DNA of 63,642 bases, the filler included, from Octopus bimaculoides (lineage: Eukaryota): the NCBI RefSeq assembly GCF_001194135.2. It is 5 parts of 4 records of this genome, joined end to end, with 100 filler letters (N's around TTAATTAATTAA, not from the genome) between each part and the next. Parts side by side here need not be neighbours in the genome. Positions count along the whole stretch, not along the records: positions 1 to 25,010 come from NC_069006.1; 4 more parts are not named here. One strand, given 5' to 3'. This document shows, piece by piece, positions 15,201 through 24,738 of the stretch (position 1 is the stretch's first letter; every line of letters begins with the position of its first letter). The position numbers were made by a program, and so were the translations under genes. A model generated the notes under the pieces. The model was not told where the DNA came from. It made no database searches and saw only the letters and a program-made list of their open reading frames with translations.

Positions 15201-16320
15201 GGTGTAACAGTTAGTGGTTGTCGTACCTGTAGTGCAACAATGATATTGAATGACTTTTAAAAATGGTGTAGAATCTGTGGAATGTAACTTGGATACATTT
15301 ATGTCTGTGGTGTTTCCTGTCGAGCAGAAGAAGAGAGAAGAGACAAAAGAATCACAAGAACCAGCTACAAAATCACATGCATGTATCTATACCAGGAGTT
15401 TTCAAACTGTGGTCCGCGGACCACAGGGGGTCCGCAAGGACAAGACGGGGGTCCGTGGACAGCAAATACTTTTTATGGGCAATTTGATTTTATATATGTC
15501 TTTTAATCGAAATCTTTTAATTGACAATAAACCTATTTTGTTAAATGCTTGCTGTTAAATAAATAAATGTAAAAATATATGTTATTTTAAGCAAATATTT
15601 ATGTATAAATTTCATAAGCGTTTATAAGGGGGTCCCTAAGGTAAAGCCTGAAATATAAAGGGGTCCGCAAGTCAAAAAGTTTGAAAACCCCTGATCTATA
15701 CATACACATATATATATAGTTATATATATATACATGCAAGCATACATACATGTGTGTATATATATAAATATATATAGATACATATAGATAACAAATTAAA
15801 ACGGTGGCTTATTAGCAGTTAGAACTTAAAGGTAAAATTAATAGAGGTCACAATATTTTAGTATAAGCGATGCTGACCAGCATCCTCCATCACTTTTGTG
15901 ATCTCTATTAATAGATATAAATATATGTTTAAAATTTATATTTATATACTGAGGGTGATAAATTGAATATTAATTTAATTAACATCAATTTAAAACCAGT
16001 GGCCTATCATATAAAAAAAATCTGAACATTCAGAAAAATTGTATTACATGAGTATAAGAAGGGATGACCACTAAGTGGACATCCGATATGCTAGAAAAAG
16101 ATCATCTACGATCTAACCACAAGGAAAAGAATGTTCTCCAGAATGTTCTACCTGGCTGCCGTTTCCATAGTCTTCAGATGCTGCCTGTGTCTGTTGTAAT
16201 TACACCAACAACACCACACCTTTAAGGTCAGCTGTTTTCTGTAATGGAGGGAAAACAGAATATGTAGTGACCACCACCTCCCATCAAGAAATACATTACA
16301 CTAACCCAAAACATAATGCT

Positions 16321-16356
<36 letters not shown>

Positions 16357-19300
16357 GCATCATCATCATCATCATAATCAACATTGTCGTCATCGTCATC
16401 ATCACTATCATCATCACCACCACCACCACCATCATCATCATCATTCTAATGTCCATTTTTCCATCTTTCTGTGAGTCAGATGGAAATTGTGGAGGCAGAT
16501 TTTCAATGGCTGGATGCCTTTGCTGTAACCAAACCTTGCCTGTCTCCAAGGGAGGTAATATTCCCCTTGGCTGGATATCTTTCACACAGAAGAGGAGAAG
16601 TGAAGGAAGCCGCTTGCACGACGGTGATACTTGTTTACAACAATTACACAATGTCAAACCAATCAGACAGTAATATACACACACATGCATGCATAAACAT
16701 ACACACACATGCATATACAGACATACACACACATACATACACACATACATACACACATGCATATATACATACGTTTTTACACACACACATGCATATATGC
16801 ATGCATCTTTATACATAACCCCACGCATATACATACACACACATGCATATACAGATATACACACATACATACACACATGCATGCATATATACATACATCT
16901 TTACACACACATACACACACATACACGCACACACACACATGCATATATGCACGCATCTTTATACATAACCCCCACACATATACATACATACACAAACACA
17001 TACATGCATATACAGACATACACATGCATACATAGACACATGCATGCATATATACATACATCTTTACACACAGACACTCACACATACACACGTGCACACA
17101 CACACACACATACACACATGAAGACATACATACATATATGAGCGTTGGGCCTCACAGAGGCCAAGTGGCTGAGTTCCTTTCGAGTGTTGGGCCTTATGGA
17201 GGCAATGACCAAGACCTTTGGCATTAAGTCGTGCTTGAGAAGAAGACCCATCAAGCTGAGCAAAATTTCAGTTGTGGCAGATACTAGTGTCACGCAAATG
17301 GCACCCATGCCAGTGGCACGTAAAAGCACCCAGTACACTCTTAGAGTGGTTGGCATTAGGAAGCGCATCCAGCCATAGAAAACCACGCCAAATCAGAGTG
17401 GAGTCTGGTGCAGCCTTCCAGCTTACCAGCCCTGATCATACAGTTCAACTCATGCCACCATAGACAACAGACATACAGACGTTAAATGATGATGATGATG
17501 ATATATATATATATATATACATATATGAGAAGAAAAAGAAAATGCAGATTGAGAAGTTAATAATTGTTTGTTATTAACAGCAAATTAATCGTCTTCACTT
17601 ACAGCTGTTTCAATTAATACTCAGTAAATATTAAGTAAATATTAAATTTCTATGACCTGAGCATAATATCTTCAGAGAGGGAAAAAATATGCTTTTGTAT
17701 GTTTTATATGTGTTTATGGATTCATTATAGCAGACTGAATGGTATATATGTATGTATGTATCTTTGTATGTACGTACGTATGTATGTATGTATATGTATA
17801 TACTACAGGATTCTTTCAGTTTCCTTCTATGAAACCTACTCAAATGCTTACCGACATTTCTTCCAACTTTACATTCTAAGTTCAAATACCGTCAGGGTCC
17901 ACTTTGCCCTAGATCCTTTTAGGGTCAATAAAATAAGTACAAGTTGAACTCTGGGGTTAATGTAATCAACTANNNNNNNNNNNNNNNNNNNNNNNNNNNN
18001 NNNNNNNNNNNNNNNNNNNNNNNNNNNNNNNNNNNNNNNNNNNNNNNNNNNNNNNNNNNNNNNNNNNNNNNNAACGATTACGCTCAAATGGTGCTATTTA
18101 TGGGCCACTAGCATGGAAGCCATCAACATCATCATCATCATTGTCATCATTTAATGTCTGCTTTCCATGCTGGCATGGACTGGAAAGTTTGACTGAAAAC
18201 TGCTTAGCTGGATGACTGTACCAGGTTCCAGTCGGATTTTAGCTTGTTTTCTTCGGCTGGATGCCCTTCCTCACACCAACAACTCCAAGAGTGTAGTGAG
18301 TTTATTTCCTGTGCCACCGGCACAGGTGCCATTGACCTGAGACCGGCATCAGGCATGACTACAGTCTCACTTGGCTTGACAGGTCTACACAAGCATGGTA
18401 TATTGCCAAGCATCTTGGTCACCTGTCCCTGCTTCCATATATACATAAAAAAGGAAGAAGATGGACAACAGAGCCCTGTCTCCCACCAACTCCTGGATTT
18501 TGAAAGACAACATGAGGCGGGACAATAATTTATTCATTTCAAGGAATTGGTAAAGACAGGAATGGAAACTCCCAAAAGAATGAGAGTATGATGAACAAAT
18601 TGACTGTGAAAGAAAGTATGAATACAGAAGTAAAACCAAGACAAATAAATAAATGCAATAAAAATATAAAGTAAGAAAAATATAGAATAAAACAAGAAGA
18701 CAAACAAAAGACGTTGGTAAAATAAACCTTAAAAATTGATAAGAATTAATATATACGTACATACATACATGTATGTATGTGTGTGTATATATNNNNNNNN
18801 NNNNNNNNNNNNNNNNNNNNNNNNNNNNNNNNNNNNNNNNNNNNNNNNNNNNNNNNNNNNNNNNNNNNNNNNNNNNNNNNNNNNNNNNNNNNNNNNNNNN
18901 NNNNNNNNNNNNNNNNNNNNNNNNNNNNNNNNNNNNNNNNNNNNNNNNNNNNNNNNNNNNNNNNNNNNNNNNNNNNNNNNNNNNNNNNNNNNNNNNNNNN
19001 NNNNNNNNNNNNNNNNNNNNNNNNNNNNNNNNNNNNNNNNNNNNNNNNNNNNNNNNNNNNNNNNNNNNNNNNNNNNNNNNNNNNNNNNNNNNNNNNNNNN
19101 NNNNNNNNNNNNNNNNNNNNNNNNNNNNNNNNNNNNNNNNNNNNNNNNNNNNNNNNNNNNNNNNNNNNNNNNNNNNNNNNNNNNNNNNNNNNNNNNNNNN
19201 NNNNNNNNNNNNNNNNNNNNNNNNNNNNNNNNNNNNNNNNNNNNNNNNNNNNNNNNNNNNNNNNNNNNNNNNNNNNNNNNNNNNNNNNNNNNNNNNNNNN

Positions 19301-20023
19301 NNNNNNNNNNNNNNNNNNNNNNNNNNNNNNNNNNNNNNNNNNNNNNNNNTATATATATATATATATATATATATGCATATGTATATATGTCATTGTGTAT
19401 GTGTGAGTGCATAAGTGTATAATTGTGCCTGTATGTGCGTGTGTGTGTTTGTGTGTATGTGCGTGTGTGTGGGTGGGTGTTTATTTAAACAATAGGACAG
19501 AGGGAAATATGCCAGGGGAGTGTTCTACATGTAAATACACGCATATTAGAGTCTCTCGTATGTAATGTAGTGAGTTTAAGAAAAAAAAAACCTTCCGTTG
19601 ACTGTTATTATCCTTGTAATTAAAACAGACAACCTCCCTCCAGAGGAGTGTTCCAAATCTAAAAACAACAGACGAGACATATAACTGAAATGAACTCAAC
19701 TAATCCATGATTTTGAGGTTAGGGATGGATCTTGTCCTTAGAGCTGACAAGTGAATGTAAGAGGTGTTTGTTTCGGTCTTGTTGGACCTCATTAGTGAAT
19801 AATACTGAGCTCAGTTGACAAGGGTACCAAAAATTTAAAAGAAAGAAAGTGAATACATATAGCATGGCTGTGTGGTAAGAAGTTTTGCTTTCCAACCACA
19901 TGGTTACAGGGTTCAGTCCCATTACGTGCAGCACCTTGGACAAATGACTTCCACTGTAACTTCAGGCCGAACTTCTGAGAGGATATGATAGAGGGAAACT
20001 GAAAAGAAGCCCATCTCATATAC

Positions 20024-20061
<38 letters not shown>

Positions 20062-20663
20062 GTATATGTATATATATCATTTATATATATGTAAGATTTA
20101 TACTTAGATCATTTCTAATNNNNNNNNNNNNNNNNNNNNNNNNNNNNNNNNNNNNNNNNNNNNNNNNNNNNNNNNNNNNNNNNNNNNNNNNNNNNNNNNN
20201 NNNNNNNNNNNNNNNNNNNNNNNNNNNNNNNNNNNNNNNNNNNNNNNNNNNNNNNNNNNNNNNNNNNNNNNNNNNNNNNNNNNNNNNNNNNNNNNNNNNN
20301 NNNNNNNNNNNNNNNNNNNNNNNNNNNNNNNNNNNNNNNNNNNNNNNNNNNNNNNNNNNNNNNNNNNNNNNNNNNNNNNNNNNNNNNNNNNNNNNNNNNN
20401 NNNNNNNNNNNNNNNNNNNNNNNNNNNNNNNNNNNNNNNNNNNNNNNNNNNNNNNNNNNNNNNNNNNNNNNNNNNNNNNNNNNNNNNNNNNNNNNNNNNN
20501 NNNNNNNNNNNNNNNNNNNNNNNNNNNNNNNNNNNNNNNNNNNNNNNNNTAGTACTTATTCTATCGGTCTCTTTTGCCGAACCGCTAAGCTACGGGGACG
20601 TAAACACACCAGCATCGGTTGTCAAGCGATGTTGGGGGGACAAACACAGACACACAAACATAT

Positions 20664-20694
<31 letters not shown>

Positions 20695-23600
20695 CATATA
20701 TACGATGGGCTTCTTTCAGTTTCCGTCTTCCAAATACACACACAAGGATTTAGTCGGCCCGAGGCTATAGTAGAAGACACTTGCCCAAGGTGCCACACAG
20801 TGGGACTGAACCCAGAACCATGTGGTTGGTAAGCAAGCTACTTACCACACAGCCACTCCTGCGCCTATATATATACATTTCATATATATATGTATGTATT
20901 GGTGGTGGTGCTGGTGGTGGTGCTGGTGCATAATGATGATGGTGGTGGTGATGATGTTGACGTTTTAATTCAGACCCCTTTAAAAACCTCTTGTTAGATC
21001 ATGTTCTAAATCCAAGTTTAATAATAAAAACGTTACTTTGCTAAATTCTTCATAATTTCAAAAATTAATTGAAACAAACGCAGCATATTTCAATAGAAAT
21101 CACCATCATCATCATTACACCATCACCACCAGCATTACCAGCACATCATCATCATCATCATCATCATCCATTGTTTAATGTCCACCTTCCATGCTGGCAT
21201 GGATGGGATGGTTTCGCAAGAGCCGGCCAGGTCAAAGCCTGCACCAGGCATCTGTGACTGTTTCAGCAGGATTTTCTACAGCTAGATGCCCTTCCTAACA
21301 CCAACCACACAGTAGAGTGGACTTAGTACTTTTTACATGGCACCACCACAGGCAAGGTCAGTTTTACAGCCGGACGCCCTTCGTAACACCAACCACTTTA
21401 CATTGTGGACTGAGTGCTTTTAAGTGGCCCCTTCACTGACAGGGTCAACAAGAACTTGCAACGCAAAAAAAAAAAAAACTTTTAAGAGGGGAGGTCATAA
21501 AAAACAAAATTGTTTATGAAAAGATTAACGTGATCTAAATTAAAATCTTTCATTAAAATTCCATGTTTCGAGGGTGAGTCAAAAAGTAATGCCATTTTGT
21601 TTAGGATAGGTTTAATTACCAACACAGGAACATGTATCATACATCAAAATGAAGCTGGTCCTCTGTGGATCACATCCCTACTCCTCAACATAGTCACCAT
21701 TTCTCTCAATAGCAATGTTCCACCTTCGAATGAGAGCATGTATCCCTGCCCCGTAAAATTATGTTGACTGTTCTTTGAGCCATTTCTTCACTACTTCCAC
21801 ACTCACCAGATTTAGTGCCTTCAGACTATTATCTCTTCGGCACCACGAAAGAGGGTTCGAGAGGTAAACATTATTCCAGTGACGAGGAAGTGAAAACTGT
21901 AGTGAAGAAGTGGCTCAAAGAACAGCCAACAGAATTTTACGGGGCAGGGATACACGCTCTCATTCGAAGGTGGAACGTTGCCATTGAAAGAAACGGTGAC
22001 TATGTTGAGGAGTAGGGATGTGATCCACAGAGGACCAGCTTCATTTTGATGTATGATACATGTTCCTGTGTTGGTAATTATACCTGTCCTAAACAAAATG
22101 GCATTACTTTTTGACCCACCCTCATAATTTGTGTTTCAAACACCAGCTTAATAATGGAAAAGTTACTTTAGTAAATTCTTCATAGTTTTCAAAATTGAAA
22201 CTATGGCATTGTATTTCAGTAGAAATATGTTTTAAAAAAGGTTAAAATAACCTAAATTTAAAACATTCCATCAAAATTTCATGTTAATTCATACAGTTCT
22301 ATATTTAAGAGATGAATAATTATGTACATTATTTACATTTGACGGATATTTGTCCTCATCTTGTTTGTTGTTAACACAACGTTTCAGCTGATATACCCTC
22401 CAGCCTTCATCAGGTGTCTTGGGGAAATTTCGAACTTGGGTTTTCATTCCTAAAGTAGTTTTCGATGTTATTATTATTATTATTCAGGTCACTGCCTGGA
22501 ATCGAACTCGGAACTTTGGGGTTAGTAGCCCACACTCTTAACCACTATGCCATATGCCCATGGTTCGAAATTTCCCCAAAACACCTGATGAAGGCTGCAG
22601 GGTATATTAGCCAAAACGTTGTGTTAACAACAAGATGAGGACAAATATCCATCAAATGTAAATAATGTAAATAATATTAATTCATGTCTCAAAGACCAAC
22701 TTAATAATCCTTTCTATTACGGGCACAAGGCCTGAAATTTGGGGGAGGGGACTGGTTGATTACACCAACCCCAGTGTTTCACTGGTATTTAATTTATGAA
22801 CCCCGAAAGGATGAAATGCAAAGTCGAGCTCAGCGGAATTTGAACTTAGAACGTAGTGACAGGTCAAATACTGCTAAGCATTTTGTCTGGCATGCTAACG
22901 ACTCTGCCAGCTCACTGCCTTATACCAACTTAATAATGACAATGTTACTTTACCAAATTCTTTATTATTTTCAAAATTAACTGACAGTGTATTTCAACAG
23001 AAATATGGTAACAGAAGGGTTAACATCAAAGAACAGGAAAAACAGATGACAGCAACACTAACAGCAAAACAATTAACAACATTTTTGTTAATTACTTACA
23101 TTTGGTGGACGTGGGGAAGATGTTAAGTTTGGTAAAATTCTTTCTTTCCTACTCAAACATTTCTCCTTTCTTTGATAGTTTCCTTTCTGTTGGTTATCCT
23201 TAGTAACATGGAATGGTAAACACTCCGTTCCACTGTTCTCCAAACCACTGTTAGATTCTTCACAAGGTAACACATCTCCAAAGCTGTTACTCTGATTGTC
23301 AACACAGTCAATTTGAGAGACTGACCAGTCTAATGTTGACTTATTCAAAAAATTGATTCCACTGCTCTGTTCTATCTTGTCCTGAACCAAAATATATTCA
23401 TTCCCTGATTTTTTCCCAGAATCAAAACATGTGTTGTCCTTTCTTAATTTTGTATTTGGTTCTTTGTCCTTTTTTTTACGATCTGAATTTAGTTCATTTT
23501 TGTCATTTCCAATAACTGCTGAGATTCCATCATATTTTACATCTTTCATGGAATTTTCATATCTATTTTCTCTGCAATATCCCAACTTTCTGTGGCTATT

Positions 23601-24738
23601 TTCATGATTGTTTAACTTATTACTACAGACCAAATTTCTATGAGAAGAACCATTCAAATTAATTGGTTCATTTGCCATTTGTGGTACATGGCATTCATTT
23701 TCAGCATCAACAGAAGACAAACCATCATTTATGTAAGGAAAACTTAATTTAATTTTATTTATAGAAGTTCTAATGGACCATTCTGAAGAATTTGTGTGAC
23801 AAAGTCTATTGAATTCTTTCAATGGTGATGGCATTGTTTTATTGTTCTCATCAGATGGTTTATTAAAACGATCTACAACATGTTTTCCTTTCCTCTCACG
23901 TTTAAAACAACCCTCTTTTAGATGCTGTCCCATGACTTCATAAGAACCATCCAAATGCAGATGGGATCTGGAACTCTTTGTCACCTCTGTAGCCAACTTC
24001 TTTGGTCTTTTATTAAACTCACTTTCCAAGCGTATAAAATCCAGAGGAATTTCCCCATTTTTTTGGATGTAACTAATGATATTTACATAACGAGAACTTA
24101 ATTTTACAGATTTGTTAGAATTATAATTATCATCTTTCTGTCTTAAATAATCACTTGATGTCTCTAACAAACTCTGATGATTCTTTGGAAATAGATCAAC
24201 AGTTCGTTCTTTCTTGTAATCTACTCTCCTTTTATATTTCTCACCATTTCTTACAGAATCAATTTCATTTCCTGAATTATGAAATATCGGTAAGGAATAA
24301 TAGTCTGGAACATTTGTCTGAAATTGTCCAGTTGGCGCACTGGCTGACCGAAATACATTTTTATTTGTCCTTGAGTATTTCTGACTTGAACTATCATGTT
24401 CATAGATCATGTGATCAGTTTTGGTCACATGATCAGGTCTTATTTGATATTTATAAAAATCTCCTTCATTCTGACAAATGGGGTAACAATGTCCATTGTT
24501 ATAAATCTTCCGGCCACTTTCAGCCAAACTGGAATGAGATCTTTGACTACAGAGTTTATTCCTTTGATATTTCTTAGATTTTGCTTTGGTTTCAGAAATG
24601 ACTAAATCGACTTTGGTAGCTGCTTCCATTTTCAGCCGTTTCCAGGAATTATTTTGAACAAAAGATAAACATCCATTTATTTGTCATCTCCTTCTTCTTC
24701 TCCAGGAAATAAACCACTCCAAATAACAATATTAATTC
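411..24738 (-). CDS. SFI1: SFI1-like centrin-binding repeat protein, multi-exon gene (at least 1130 aa)
   Basis: 13 exons with AG/GT boundaries were read from the sequence. Ten consecutive junctions from 16238 to 717 are phase-compatible. The product has periodic Trp helical repeats, e.g. ATEHIQKLYLMKLFAKWK and ASHFHRKSLLRRFITWR, fitting the Sfi1 consensus AX7LLX3F/LX2W. Orthology versus another Sfi1-repeat protein is inferred, not searched. Confidence 0.7.
991..1179 (-). mobile_element. C-terminal fragment of an RLE-type non-LTR retrotransposon ORF
   Basis: DYKFRFIPVIIGALGYVTLCLNTNLEKLGFSKLERRKLIQRLQIQSITGTVKLSRSLSFKYI*. The IPVIIGALG...LQ..S.TGT pattern fits RLE endonuclease C-termini; cut by a gap. 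Confidence 0.6.
1849..2024 (-). CDS. SFI1: SFI1-like exon RRNVLHQKTFFNQWRW...GAFDTWRRALSNLLLAR (phase 0/2)
   Basis: Acceptor atttctgccag; donor CAG|gtaggg; 176 nt. Confidence 0.9.
2052..2378 (-). mobile_element. Same tRNA-head/HHR-tail element, copy 1
   Basis: Same head, expanded (AAT)n, same tail ending in TGTAAATAA repeats about 25 nt from the 2025 splice acceptor. Confidence 0.8.
2116..2163 (-). ncRNA. Minimal hammerhead, slightly decayed copy
   Basis: GACAC-CUGAUGA-A-GGCUG..CAGCC-GAAAU-GUU/GUGCU; C15.2U and one stem I mismatch. Confidence 0.65.
2775..2988 (-). CDS. SFI1: SFI1-like exon RLHVVYDCER...CFSGWKQ...RRFITWRRR...EAEM (phase 2/0)
   Basis: Acceptor ggttttccag; donor ATG|gtaaaa; 214 nt. 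Confidence 0.85.
3501..3905 (+). mobile_element. SINE family A (GGCGGCGAGCTGGCAGAA head, often dimeric)
   Basis: Shared core GCCTTTCATCCTTTCGGGGTCGATAAA..AAGTACCAG (Meta-domain-like, from recall). Copies near 7.9-8.3, 22.7, 34.3, 45.5, 49.3-51.5 and 57.7 kb. Confidence 0.85.
4030..4134 (-). CDS. SFI1: SFI1-like exon VTKSWHQLIIRK...LSKYFTRWR (phase 2/2)
   Basis: Acceptor atttcttgtag; donor CG|gtaggc; 105 nt. Confidence 0.9.
4511..4697 (-). CDS. SFI1: SFI1-like exon ACFKRWTSTLQK...FIFLQWYR...NKLLAR (phase 1/2)
   Basis: Acceptor atttctccag; donor CAG|gtaaag; 187 nt. Confidence 0.9.
4780..5165 (-). mobile_element. tRNA-derived CORE-like SINE, family B
   Basis: Head TGGCTGTGTGGTAAG...GGTTCAGTCC, then CACCTTGGGCAAGTGTCTT (CORE-like). 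Further copies near 19.9, 20.6-20.9, 24.8, 26.6, 41.4, 43.0, 53.8, 54.8, 55.0, 58.7, 59.7-60.07 and 61.0-61.7 kb. Confidence 0.85.
5340..6667 (+). mobile_element. Tandem copies of a TTAA-ended piggyBac-like MITE, interrupted by SINEs
   Basis: Unit of about 230 bp repeated at 5340, 5570, 6205-6667 and 13250-13840, ending AAAGGG|TTAA. A related TTAACCC-ended family lies at 12902, 21.0-22.3 and 23.0 kb. Confidence 0.6.
5820..6204 (+). mobile_element. tRNA-derived SINE, family C, full length
   Basis: A and B boxes; 12-bp TSD ATATTAGCATTT. Other copies at 58000-58386 (minus, TSD TGTTATTCATT) and 30333-30604. Confidence 0.9.
7676..7773 (-). CDS. SFI1: SFI1-like exon KAIKHWKELHHQVALEKFANHYKSVQKNLQLR (phase 2/1)
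   Basis: Acceptor cctctttctgttcag; donor GAG|gtgaaa; 98 nt. Confidence 0.9.
10347..10390 (-). ncRNA. Degenerate minimal hammerhead copy, probably inactive
   Basis: Core CUGAUGA and GAAAC are present, but stem II is mismatched (GGACG/CAGCC) and the triplet has become GUG. Confidence 0.5.
10462..10606 (-). mobile_element. 3' end of an R4/Dong-like RLE non-LTR retrotransposon inserted in (AAT)n
   Basis: LGTAHILCKTLSIQ* at 10605-10561 plus about 100 nt of 3'UTR, flanked by AAT repeats. An LGTAHILR-type terminus is typical of R4/Dong. Confidence 0.7.
11286..11420 (-). CDS. SFI1: SFI1-like exon FCLRSQQEKWWKRMKMVCFENWR...CWSYMCVR (phase 2/2)
   Basis: Acceptor tttctttttcag; donor CG|gtgagt; 135 nt. 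Confidence 0.9.
12240..12460 (+). mobile_element. Interspersed repeat family E with a (GAT)n tail
   Basis: GTGGTTGGCGTTAGGAAGGGCATCCAGC motif and GATGATGAT tail. Copies near 6.35-6.55, 12.0, 14.27-14.8, 17.1-17.5, 18.1-18.4 and 21.15-21.45 kb. Possibly RTE-LINE related. Confidence 0.75.
12513..12743 (-). CDS. SFI1: SFI1-like exon RFLKKWHRKW...MKLFAKWKNFSQRQKQTR (phase 2/2)
   Basis: Acceptor ttttacatcgttcag; donor AAG|gtatgt; 231 nt; carries a near-consensus Sfi1 repeat. Confidence 0.9.
13975..14166 (-). CDS. SFI1: SFI1-like exon HYTIKKVFHLWKR...HRANQWMLR (phase 2/2)
   Basis: Acceptor ccatcacag; donor CAG|gtaact; 192 nt. Confidence 0.9.
14843..15195. repeat. Compound (CA)/(TA) microsatellite with CATATGGATACAC higher-order units
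   Basis: Direct reading. Similar tracts at 16670-17135, 35340-35690 and 52370-52850 generate many spurious ORFs. Confidence 0.9.
15227..15316 (-). CDS. SFI1: SFI1-like exon KHHRHKCIQVTFHRFYTIFKSHSISLLHYR (phase 2/2)
   Basis: Long pyrimidine tract plus cag acceptor; donor CAG|gtacga; 90 nt. Confidence 0.85.
15393..15693. mobile_element. hAT MITE
   Basis: TIR CAGG(A/G)GTTTTCAAAC; perfect 8-bp TSD ATCTATAC. Confidence 0.9.
16152..16238 (-). CDS. SFI1: SFI1-like exon KQLTLKVWCCWCNYNRHRQHLKTMETAAR (phase 2/2)
   Basis: Acceptor ttttccctccattacag; donor CAG|gtagaa; W-x2-W repeat. Confidence 0.85.
19592..19684 (-). CDS. SFI1: SFI1-like exon LYVSSVVFRFGTLLWREVVCFNYKDNNSQRK (phase 0/0)
   Basis: Acceptor ttcatttcag; donor AAG|gttttt is weak; 93 nt; compatible with the upstream phase-0 exon. 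Confidence 0.55.
21569..22124 (+). mobile_element. Palindromic mariner-derived MITE with about 230-bp inverted arms
   Basis: CGAGGG...CCCTCA|TA ends. The middle encodes the mariner C-terminus HSPDLVPSDYYLF...WLKEQPTEFY..GIHALIRRWNVAIERNGDYVEE. 21569-21800 is the reverse complement of about 21895-22124. Confidence 0.9.
22292..22563 (-). mobile_element. tRNA-headed SINE-like element with Penelope-type HHR tail (best copy)
   Basis: A box TGGCATAGTGG (about 22542-52); B box GAGTTCGATTCC (22498-509); (AAT)n spacer; HHR tail; followed by an inverted copy of the tail at 22563 to about 22685. Confidence 0.8.
22373..22418 (-). ncRNA. Minimal type I hammerhead (Penelope-type), core intact
   Basis: GACAC-CUGAUGA-A-GGCUG(loop)CAGCU-GAAAC-GUU/GUGUU; palindromic ACGU stem III; 5-bp stem I. 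Confidence 0.8.
22580..22625 (+). ncRNA. Minimal hammerhead in the inverted arm, G12A, probably inactive
   Basis: ACAC-CUGAUGA-A-GGCUG..UAGCC-AAAAC-GUU/GUGUU; GAAA has become AAAA at 22613. Confidence 0.55.
23100..24629 (-). CDS. SFI1: SFI1-like first coding exon, 510 codons, low-complexity N/K/S-rich
   Basis: Long ORF ending in a GTAAGT donor at 23099-23094 (phase 0). Acceptor ttttagtcttagatttcgcag ends at 24739. An in-frame TGA lies at 24686-24684, upstream of the ATG. Confidence 0.8.

Noticed and set aside
17600-17885. Candidate missing SFI1-like exon
   Set aside because: Stops occur in the required frames, and the RFHRRKLKES segment is SINE-derived.
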